Source: Mobula hypostoma (taxonomy: Eukaryota). Taken from it: DNA of 64,000 nt. The notes beneath the pieces are model-generated. The model was not told where the DNA came from, ran no database searches, and saw only the letters and a program-made list of their open reading frames with translations. A program made the position numbers and the translations under genes. Where the stretch lies: assembly GCF_963921235.1 (NCBI RefSeq), contig NC_086106.1:24862001-24926000 (forward strand), in the 5' to 3' direction. This document shows, one piece after another, positions 38,624 to 48,367 of this stretch (positions are counted from its first letter, which is position 1; every line of letters begins with the position of its first letter).

Positions 38624-40108
38624 CCCAGTTATGCCTGCCTCATCGTTGGTTATGTGCCGCAACTATGCCTGCCTCTTCGTTGGTTATGTGGAACAGAATA
38701 TGCTCCAAACCAATACTGGTACTGTTCCTCAACTTTTCCGTCGCTACATTGACGGTTACATTGGTGCTGCTTCCTCCACCCATGCTGAACTCGTCAATTT
38801 AATCGACTTTACTTCAAACTTCCTCCCAGCCCTCTAATTCAGTTGGCACTTCTCTCCCCTTTCTTGATCACTCGGTCTCCATCTCTGGAGAGAGACTGTC
38901 CACTGAAATCTTCTATAAGCCCACAATAACTACCTCGACTATACCTCTTCCCACCCTGCCACAAGCAAAAATGCCATTCCGTTTTTCCAGTTCCTCCGTC
39001 TCTGCAGCATCTGCCCCCAAGATGAGGCTTTCCGTTCCAGGACATCTCAAATATCCTCTTTCTTGAAGTATCAAGGTTTCCCTTCTGCCGTCAACTCTGA
39101 TGCCCTCACCCGCACCTCCTCCATTTCTCGCACTTCGGCACTCACTCCATTCACCAGTCACCACAACAGGGACCGAGTTCCCCTTGTCCTCACCTACCAC
39201 CCCAGCAGCTTGCGGATCCAGCAGATTATCCTCCGCAACTTCCGCCACCTTCAACAAGACCCCACCAATATGCACATCTTTCCCTCTCCCCCCATATCCG
39301 CCTTCCGCAGAGATCGTTACCTCCGCGACACCCTGGTCCACACGTCTCTCCCCACGGATCTCCCACCCGGCACTTATCCTTGTAAGCGTAAGTTTTACAC
39401 TTGTCCCTACACCTCCTCTCTTGCCACCATCAGGGCCCCAACCAGTCCTTCCAGGTGAGACAACACTTCACTTGTGAGTCTGTTGGGGTCATCTGTTGCA
39501 TCATTGCTCCCGGTGTGGTCTCCTCTACATCGGTGAAACTCGAGGCAGGTTGGGGGACCGATTCGTCGAGCACAACCGCTCCGTCCGCCACAACAGACAG
39601 GATTTCCCGATTGCCACCCACTTCAACTCTGCTTCACATTCCCCTTCCGATATGTCCATACATGGCCTCCTCTACTGCCATGCTGAGGCTAAACTCAGGT
39701 TGGAGGAGCAACACCTCATATACCGTCTGGGTAGTCTCCAGCCCCTTACTATGCACATTGAATTCTCCAACTTCCGGTAATTCCCTTCTCCCCTTTCCCC
39801 ATCCCAGTAAAACTGCCCCCTCCCCCAGCTGCCTATCACCTCCCTCATGGTCCCGCCTCCTGCTACTACCCAGTGTGTTTTCCCCTATTCCTTCTTCAAC
39901 TTTTCTGCCTATCTCTCTCTGCTTCCCCATCCATACCCATTTATATTTTCCCGTTCTGGTTTTTCACCTGGCTCCAACCAGCCTTCTCCTTCCCACCTTT
40001 CCCCCACCTTCTTTAGAAGGCCTCTGCCCCCTCCCTGTTCAGTCCTGCCGAAGGGTTCCGTCCCGAAACGTTGACTGATCATTTCTCCTCCAGCTTGTTG
40101 TGAGTGTA
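38624..40108 (+). mobile_element. Penelope-like element (RT C-terminal half plus GIY-YIG endonuclease)
   Basis: PSYACLFVGYVEQ, FRRYID, VPLVLTYHP, CSRCGLLYIGETRGRLGDRFVEH. Confidence 0.88.
40040..40077 (+). ncRNA. Minimal type I hammerhead ribozyme remnant (core A6>C)
   Basis: CAGTC-CTGcCGA-AGGGttccgtCCC-GAAA-CG-TT-GACTG; stems I and II intact. Confidence 0.75.
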
Positions 40109-41089
40109 GCTCTTTACACCGCCCTTACACATCTGGAGAAGCGGGTTGCTGATGTATGAATGCTGTTCTTGGACGACAGTTCAGCCTTCAAAACTGTCCC
40201 TACCCAGAGCTCCAATCTGCTAATTAAATTTGCTGAGGACACTACATGATTGACCTAGACTCAAAAAATAATGAGGGAGCCCAGAGAGAAGAATACACCA
40301 CCCTGACACATTGGCATCGAGAAAACAACTTCTCTCCCAATGTCGCAGAACACAAAGAAAAAGCAAAAAAGCTGGTTGTGGACTACAGGCAGAATGGAGA
40401 CAGGCTAATCACGATTGACATCAATGGATCTTTATACCTCAAGTTCTTCGGCATGCAAATCACTGACGATCTGACTTGGTCGGTACATACCGGTTGTGTG
40501 CTAAAAAAAAAAGGCAAAAAATGGCGTCTTTTACCTCAGAGGGTTGAAGAAGTTTGATATTGAATTCCAGATCCCAAGGACGCTCTACTGGAGCACAAAT
40601 CAGAGCATCCCGACTGGCTGCCTCGCTGCCTGGTGTTGGAACTGTACTTTCCTCAATCGCTGACCTCTGCAGAGAGCGGTGCGCATATGTAGATGCGACC
40701 TGCCCACTATTCAGGACATTTACAAAGAGAGGTGTGTAAAAAGGGCACGAAGGATCATTAGAGACCCGAGACACCCCAAGTACAAAATGTTCGAGCTGCT
40801 ACTGTCTGGGATACCGGATGGCAGCATAAAATCGAGGACCAACAGGCTCCAGAACAGCTTCCTCCACCAAGCCATCAGACGTATTAACAGATGCTGATAC
40901 AATTGTATCTCTGTGTTATTTTGACTGCCCTGTTGTACATCGTATTTATTATAGTTTTTTTTTAAAATTACGCATTGCATATTTAAAAGGAGATGTAACG
41001 TGAAGATATTTACTCCTCGTGTAAATGAAGGATGTAGGTAATAAAGTCAATTCTATTCGATTCAATTCATAATTCTCCTCTGTCACAGA

Positions 41090-41520
41090 AACAGACTCGA
41101 TGCCTGAGTGTACACCGCTGTGATGTTTCTCTGCTACCTCATGCCCCCAGCATTAACCAAACTAGCATATCTGTTGTTGAGGGAGATTGCCACAGGGAAC
41201 TCTGCACTGGCTGTTTAAGTCCTTTGCCTTTCTTGTCACCCACTTACCTGCCTCCTGTAACTCTGGTGCACCCACCATCTTTATGCCCAATCTATCACGC
41301 ACTCAGCCTTTCGAAACCTCCAGCGTTCATGCAGTTCCAGTTTCGGCTCTATAAAACGGTGTGTAAGAATCTGAAATTGCATGAATTTCATCCATGACTA
41401 GTCGTCAGTAATACTGGCAAACTCCAAGTCTTCCAATATCCAGCAAGGAGTACATGCAAATATTAAGGTCTAGATAATGATTCCGACCAGACACTCCGCA
41501 GGTTCACTCCTTCCCATACA
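41090..41520 (-). mobile_element. CR1 5'/ORF1 fragment, decayed
   Basis: ctgttgttgagggagattgccacagggaactctgcact typical of the reverse strand of CR1 ORF1. Confidence 0.4.
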
Positions 41521-42951
41521 TGTTGCATGGCCTCTGAGTTAGTACTGCATTTTTTGTGTATACCGTTCAAGTTTTCTGCTTGGCATATTACAGCTCATGC
41601 TGAGGAAATATAAAGAATGAATGAAAATAACAATAAACAAACTACGGGGGAAAATGCCTGCTACATTTCGCATTCTCTTAACCACGCCTAATCTCGCTAA
41701 AACATCGAAGAAGCAATTCCTCAAATTCATTTTGTGACCGTGTCGATTCCACCGATTGCCGTACCGCTTTCTCCTACCTTTTTCGAATTTGTTCTTGTTA
41801 ATCAATCTATATCACTTTTCAAGACACGAAAATGCCTCGAATTGGTGGGTTATGCATTCGAATAGGCGAACGCGAGAGAGCTCCGTCTTATCATCTTTGC
41901 GATCTCCAATTGGCAGCAGTTTTAAACACCAAACCGCCGCGAGTAGATGCCTTATTTTCTCAATCGGCGAACCTGTCAGAGCTATGTTTTCTCACGCTTT
42001 GTAATACCGATAGGCTCTGGTTAAAAGATCAAACAGCCGCCAGTTGATGCCGTGTATACTCACTAGGCAAACTTGAGTGAGCTCCGTCCCAACACGCTTC
42101 GGATCTCCGACTGGCCGCAACTGGAATACATAATTTCATGAATTTCCATTTCCAACGGTTCGCATACGTGATTTTTCATTGCACATCGTAGCCGAGATTT
42201 CACTTGCATCATTTTCAATTTATTTATTTCTGTATTCATTTATTCAATCGTTCATTCATTTATCCGTTGATTAAATAACTACATAATTAAATTATTTATT
42301 GTTTATTTAGTTGCTTAAATTTCAGTACAGTTGGTGGCGTAATATGCAAGATTACGAAAGACAAATCGGTAACTGTGGAGGCGCAAGGAAATTAAAGCTC
42401 TGCAGAGTATTTGTGGTGAGAACTCACCGAACCGCAGTGTAATCACAAAACCCTAGACAAATCTACGTTCAATACTAAAAGAGTGTATTAGTCCTTTTCG
42501 ACTGCGGCACTTTGCATTTCCACTTTTCCCTCAGCCATGAGCATTTTCCAGCCTCACCAGTATTAAATACATGTTTTGCTTTTTTTATTGTAGCTCTGCA
42601 GAGCAGTACCTCACATTCAATGTAATTTGTTGCATTTGCCTTGCGGATGCGCTGAGCTTCTCTTTGTTTTCTTCTGGCATCTTTAACCCGAGGTGCCTTC
42701 AGGTAGAACAGAGAAAATAGTGCAGTACAGCATAACATTGAGCCTTCGGAATACGGTGCGGTGGAGACCGATATAAATCAATTCATGATCCCTCTAACAT
42801 TTCGCCACACCCTGCACCTACCTTTGTCCTCCATTTATCCTATATCGACATGGCAGCAATTTTCTCGATTATCAGTTTATCAGTCTCTACCTGCAGCAGT
42901 TGCTGCGGAGTCTAGAATTTTACAGGAGGTTTGCACTGGAATTCTCCAAGA

Positions 42952-42954
42952 ATG

Positions 42955-43001
<47 letters not shown>

Positions 43002-43040
43002 AATAATAATAATAATAACAACAACATATCGATAATAATA
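42952..43040. repeat. (AAT)n microsatellite
   Basis: Direct inspection. Confidence 0.95.
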
Positions 43041-43554
43041 CGATATAACCACTGACATCTCACTGAAACTGCCTTCCACTCAACTCACTGCAAAGCTGCG
43101 GACTCTAGCACCGTCTTTTGCTGCAGTGGATATCAACTTCATTTTATCCGAAATAGACTTCCAGATTTTCCAAACCCCTGGACACAAATGACAAGATTGA
43201 CATCGAATGTGAATAGAAGGGAAAGAAGGGTTGCCTGTTTTACGCCTTTGGTAATGAACACTCAAATTGAAACTGCTTGGCGGCAGATTTCCTCTCATCC
43301 ATACTTTCTGTGGAAGAACAGTAGCCATGAGAGATTGCTGCATCCAAAGGCTGAATGTGCCATCACACTCTTCCTAGGCTGAGGGAGAGCTTGTAAGCCC
43401 ATCCCCGTACATGCCGTCAGGATCAGAGCATAGACTGATTTCCGTTCAAAAATATAAGAACTGAAACATACTTGAAAACCCGCGGCACACGTTACAACAG
43501 CAATAAAGAACAAATAACCTTTTTTTTTTCGGAAGAAAAATGTCCAGTTCAAGG

Positions 43555-43640
43555 CGAATGACTCAGATTCATCAATTTATAGGCCATCTCCGCCACTCAG
43601 GTTGAACGATAGGAAGTCATGGGCGGGGCTTCCTCACTCG
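43555..43640 (+). promoter_or_regulatory. Candidate V promoter (AP-1, ETS, GC box)
   Basis: TGACTCA 43559-43565, GGAAGT 43612-43617, GGGCGGGGC 43621-43629 and CTTCCT, 160-240 nt upstream of the leader ATG. Confidence 0.35.
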
Positions 43641-43793
43641 GTTCAAAGACACGAAACAGAATCAAAACCAACAACTGTCCCTCAACAACCTGTTCTTAAC
43701 AGTTTACTGTCCGTATTTGAAGTATATTCTACCATAACTCTGCTGGCCGTGAGCTTCATCTCCTCGACACTTCAGCAATATTCCTTGTTGACG

Positions 43794-43836
43794 ATGGGAG
43801 TCTTCCTTGTTTTCACACTCTGGCTCTGCTTACGGC
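43794..43836 (+). pseudogene. Leader exon of the NAR-TCR-type V
   Basis: MGVFLVFTLWLCLR then phase-1 donor C|GTGAGT. Confidence 0.85.
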
Positions 43837-43973
43837 GTGAGTGCCTTTTACACATCCACATTACATTTACTTTAAATCTGTCTGAGCCCTCTGAGATTCA
43901 ACCGGCTTAGATTATTTGTGTGGTTCGTCTATGACTGCAACTCACATTTCTCCGTTTTTTGTTGTATTCCTAG

Positions 43974-44245
43974 GTTCATTGAGTCAGTCGGTGACTCAGA
44001 GCCCGTCCATTGTAAACTCGAATGAGTGTCAGACTGCCACTATCACCTGCAGTTTCAAACCTGGTTCTGCTGTTGAATATCGCTTTCGACCAACTCAGCG
44101 GCCGAACGGAAAGAAGTCACCCGCGGGGGGAGATTTTTTAATTTGATTAAGAAAACGGACATGCAGTTTTCGTTGGAAATTCGGGACCTGCGATTGGAAG
44201 ACAGCGGCACCTATTACTGTCAAGCTGTGTACAGATGGCGTTCAG
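43974..44245 (+). pseudogene. IgNAR-like (NAR-TCR) V exon, frameshifted
   Basis: CTAG acceptor; SVTQSPSIVNSNECQTATITC..(frameshift near 44085)..TNSAAERKEVTRGGRFFNLIKKTDMQFSLEIRDLRLEDSGTYYCQA; about 57 aa Cys-Cys spacing (no CDR2). Confidence 0.85.
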
Positions 44246-44283
44246 CACAATGATGGGCTTCGGCTTTGTGCTGTACAAAAACT
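44246..44283 (+). other. RSS, 22-nt spacer
   Basis: CACAATG + 22 nt + ACAAAAACT. Confidence 0.92.
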
Positions 44284-44609
44284 TTCGCTGTAGCTTATTC
44301 CTGATTCAGACGGAGCAGAATGGATCTGCGTGTAAGTTCATCTTCATGTCTCGCTGTGGATCCGTCCTAAAGTCCAGCAAGCTGTCAGTTTTTTTTTTCT
44401 AAACATGTACAGTCTTTATGTTCCCACCTCGCGTGTGTGCAGATTTTGCTGCCTACCTGAGGCATCTGTCAATAAATGTCGACAGAGAATTAGAAAAAAA
44501 CACATTCGTTTCGCCAACGAGAGACAGAATCATTCCTAAACACTTGGAACCAATAAACGCCAGCGCTGCGAATTTAATTCCTGCTCGACTCTTTCATTGA
44601 TTCGCCAGC

Positions 44610-44681
44610 AGATTTCAAATTTGCGTAAGATACTATGTACAGTTCGGAACGAGCATAGTGAAAGAGATCTGAACCAAAATA
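44610..44681 (+). other. Candidate D segment (core 44638-44653) with degenerate 12/12 RSS
   Basis: AGATTTCAA-12-TACTATG [TACAGTTCGGAACGAG] CATAGTG-12-ACCAAAATA; both heptamers deviate from consensus. Confidence 0.4.
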
Positions 44682-45031
44682 GAAACTCATGAATATAAAA
44701 ATAACTCATTGTTTAAACGAGGTATTCTACATATTCCATAAAAAAAAATACTAACCGGGCGTTGTTCACATTCTAATCTGTTTATATTATTTTAAAGTTT
44801 CATATTGCATATGTATTTTTGATTGACACGTAGGCTATGTGTTTTTTTTTTCTTTTCGGAATCGGTGTGCGGTGCGTGTTTCTATTTTATTTTAATTTGG
44901 TCTTGCTTTCTCACAAAGAACATATCGACCTGCCGGCAAATGGGGAATACTCTTACTATGTGTTGCATTAACAACCTTCGAAACATTGGAAAGCCTATTG
45001 TAGTGTTTCCTAAGCAGATTCACGTGAGTGT

Positions 45032-45134
45032 AGTTATTGTATAGTGGAGACTGAGAACAGGATCATTGTGTATGAATGGGAGACTCATACTCTAGCTGGG
45101 ACAGGGACAATGGCCACGGTCAGACCCGGTAAGT
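45032..45134 (+). other. J segment (coding 45071-45128) with 5' 23-RSS and splice donor
   Basis: AGTTATTGT-23-CATTGTG; YEWETHTLAGTGTMATVRP then G|GTAAGT (phase 1). Confidence 0.85.
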
Positions 45135-46143
45135 ATCCACAGACATCGACCATTCTTCAAATACTCACCCATTTTCACTATCGTTTGATAGATGATCGAT
45201 TGATTTAAAATCTTGTGTGGTGTGATTCTGTAAACTGAATCGACACACACTGTGTAGAAAGGCAAGGTGGTAAAGTGAATTAACCGAGGGAGATGCAGAG
45301 GGAAATTTCTGCTATGAGTAAGGATGAAATACTGGTATAATCGTCGCAGAATGAATCCAACAGACTGTTGTCAGACTGTGGGAAATATTGTTAGCAGCTT
45401 AAGGCATAAACGACAAGCAGAAAAATATATGTATATGAATATGCCACCGAAATGCAAGAAATAATGAATCTTGTTTTCTCCAATTATTCTCAAACAGTAC
45501 AGTAAATTGCATAACCAATTGATGAAAAATTAAGAAAAGAGAAGGGAACAAAACCTTTATATCGCCGCGTGCTAAACTCCAATTGAAAATAAATCTTCGC
45601 CTTCAACTGCTTAGAAAATTATCTCACCAATCTGTCCTGTTCAGTCTCATTACTCTGAAGAAAATGTTACAATGCAAGAAGCTGTAAGTTATGGGGAATA
45701 TGTTATTTATAAAAAGAAGCAATTCTGGATGGAGCATCTATCATTTCGAAAAAATAAAACAGGCAAATCCATCATTATTCCGATTGAAACTGACCTTTAA
45801 AATAAGTACCATAGAACTGATAAAAAGGAGTTCGGCCCATTTTATGTTTGGAGACTCTCTGCAATAATTCTTTGAAATTAGTTCTTCCTTCCACATAGAT
45901 ATCAAAAATATGAAACATGTTTTGATAATAGCGAAATGTCATCAATTTAGCATGAGTCCCTGATTTTATTTCACTGCATCAATTTAGATAATAATTGTCA
46001 ACGACAATAAATATTGTTTACTCACATTTCAAACGAAGCAAGTTTGCGTGAAAGAAAAAAATCTCCTTAAAGTATTTGGGACGTTTTTTTTTTCCTGAGA
46101 ATTATCGGTAAATCAGCAATAATCTTCCTTTATATTCACACAG

Positions 46144-46446
46144 AATCCATTTCTCCACCGTCTCAGACTCCTGAACTGCAAACTACACTTGCCGATACTG
46201 CCATTTTAACCTGTGGATATAACGTGTAATGTCGCAACACAATACACTGGTATCGCCAGCTTCCAGGGCAGGTGCCCATATTCCTGCTCCAGGGTCAAAC
46301 TTTCGGAGCACAATATAAGACAAAAAATGCCGGGGAACGAATTACTGGTTTTGTCGATCCTGGTAAGAAAATCAGCCAGCTGACGATCTCCAAAGTGCAA
46401 CTGGGTGACGCTGCTGTGTATTACTGTGCAATGAGTCGGTTTGCAG
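46144..46446 (+). pseudogene. Leaderless supporting TCR-delta-like V exon with in-frame stop
   Basis: CACAG acceptor (phase 1); ..TAILTCGYNV*CRNTIHWYRQLPGQ..SQLTISKVQLGDAAVYYCAMSR; TAA at 46227-46229. Confidence 0.88.
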
Positions 46447-46485
46447 CACTGTGATGCCGCGCATGGACAGCGCTGTTCAAGAACT
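46447..46485 (+). other. RSS, 23-nt spacer
   Basis: CACTGTG + 23 nt + TCAAGAACT. Confidence 0.85.
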
Positions 46486-46507
46486 AGGGTGATTCTCGTT
46501 ACAAGCA

Positions 46508-46546
46508 CACAGTGCTAGGAAGCAGCGAGGGAACAATACAAATTCT
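46508..46546 (+). other. Second tandem 23-RSS-like sequence
   Basis: CACAGTG (consensus) + 23 nt + ACAAATTCT, starting 22 nt after the first RSS. Confidence 0.55.
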
Positions 46547-47151
46547 CCTTTGGTTTTATCATATGAATACACCACAGCCGAGCACGGAGACAACGGCAAG
46601 AAACTACAGTGTGGTGGGATTTTTAGTAGAATGATAACAGAGACAATAAGAGTACCATAATCAACACCCAAAATATGCTGGGAGAAATCATTATGTCCTG
46701 ATGGAAGTACTTGGTTCGAAACATCCATTCCATGGAAGTTGCCGGATCTACCGATTCCTCAAATTTCTAATTATCGAAGACACACAACTTATAAGAATAT
46801 ATTCCTGGAGCAAAGAGGCATGATTGCCTTCAGGAAATTCGCATTTTAGATCAGAAGTGCGTAAGGCATAGCAACAGAATTGGGCCAATCAGCCTATCCA
46901 GTGTGGCCCACCATTCCATCATTATTGTTTCCGGTTCCCAATACATTCTCCAGTATATCCATGTGGTACATGCAATCTACCAGCCATTTTGAATGAAGGA
47001 ACATCGCAAATCCGTTTGCGCCGTGTGAACGTCGGTAGAAAAGTAACGGACATTCAAATGTTACAAATTCCAAACAATAAATTCGTAATCTATTGTTTTG
47101 GAATTAAACGGAATCACGAACTACAGGTATCATTACGATTACAGAAACATA

Positions 47152-47630
47152 TACACATAGAAAACCTACAGCTCAATACAGGTCCTTCGGCCCACAACGT
47201 TGTGCTGAACATGTCGCTACCTCAGGAATTACTAGGGTTACCTATAGCCTCTATTTTTTTTCTAATCTCCATGTACTTATGCTAAAGTCTCTTAAAAGAT
47301 CCTATCGTATTCGCGTCCATCAGCGTTTCCGTGAGCCCATTCCACACAATCACCACTCTCTGTGTAAAAAAAACTCACCCCTGACATCTTCTATGTACCT
47401 ACTCCCAAGCACCTTAAACCTGTGCACACCTATGGCAGCCATTTCAGCCCTCGGAAAAAGCCTCCGACTATCCACAATGTCAATGCCTCTCATCATCTTA
47501 TACTCCTCTATCAGGTCACCTCTCATCCTCCGTCGCACAAAGGAGCAAACGCCGAGTTCACTAAAACTGTTTTCATCAGCCATATCCAGGCCCATGCCCT
47601 TATCACAAAGCATCTTTAGGGAGCCTGAAT
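47152..47630 (-). mobile_element. CR1 3' fragment
   Basis: RRRMRGDLIEEYKMMRGID..RLFPR; catagaaa tail. Confidence 0.8.
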
Positions 47631-48164
47631 GTGTCTTCTTAGGTTTTAAAATGCTTTCACCGGAGAGTATTAACGTGCAGTCGATGCTGATTGAGATGTG
47701 GTCCGTTGCGTTCAGTTTCTTCCGATAGCGTGAATCTCATTTAATTGAAACAGCACCCTTTGGCAATTACATGCTCATCCAATTGACCGGATTGCTATAA
47801 TTGGAAGTAATCGAGATAACTGGGAGAGGTGCTGCGAAAGAAACATTCGATCGTTAGTTATTATAAGGCAACGTCTTAATCCCTCCCACTCATTACAGAT
47901 AACCTGTGTTTTGTCATTTCTTGACTTGGCTTTAGTTCTGTCTGAAATGAAACCTGTTCGTACTGGAATCCCCTAGTAGTGCACTAAAAATGCATTCACT
48001 TGAAGTAGAATTGCTGGGTCTGTATACTGGAAACCAAAATAAATAATTTACCTCTAATGTATATATGTTTTGATTCATTGCTCGTCCCATGCCTATCTAA
48101 ATAACTGCAATTATATTATCTATTTATATTAATATATAAATGTAATGCTGTGTAAATATACTTT

Positions 48165-48365
48165 GGGAGGCACAGTAGCGTAGCGGTTAATTCGACTCTA
48201 TTACAGTTCTGGGAATAACAGTTCGGAGTTCATTCTGTTTCATCTGTATGTAGTCCGCGTGTCCTCTACATGGAATGCGTGGGTTTTCACTGACTGCTCT
48301 CCTGTCCTCTAACAGTTCAGAGACGAGCTCCGGGAAATGGTTTGACATTGTAAGTTGTCCGATGA
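48165..48365 (+). mobile_element. tRNA-derived SINE (V-SINE-like)
   Basis: ggcacagtagcgtagcggtta head; tgcgtgggttttc core. Confidence 0.5.
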
Positions 48366-48367
48366 TT

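Larger units (their letters stand above)
38190..41065 (+). mobile_element. Rex-Babar LINE split by a Penelope insertion (38190-38623 and 40109-41065)
   Basis: GPDVVPGRVLRMCA; NPLQFTYRHNRTIDDAI resumes as LYTALTHLEK at 40109; attc-type tail at about 41050. Confidence 0.8.

Noticed and set aside
41400-41430. Minus-strand TATTACTG resembling a V-segment YYC
   Set aside because: Reads YY-stop, with no RSS or V framework; lies in a CR1-like fragment
42475-43382. Minus-strand exon-like segments with splice-like ends
   Set aside because: Several frames are open with no recognisable domain; cannot be distinguished from chance
44811-44965. Alternative D candidates (ctatgtg at about 44835; tggggaatac at 44941)
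   Set aside because: No matching 3' RSS; the cores are poly-T or unflanked
45247-45253. CACTGTG heptamer downstream of J (also others at 26418, 33766, 55983, 57280)
   Set aside because: No nonamer at 12- or 22/23-nt spacing
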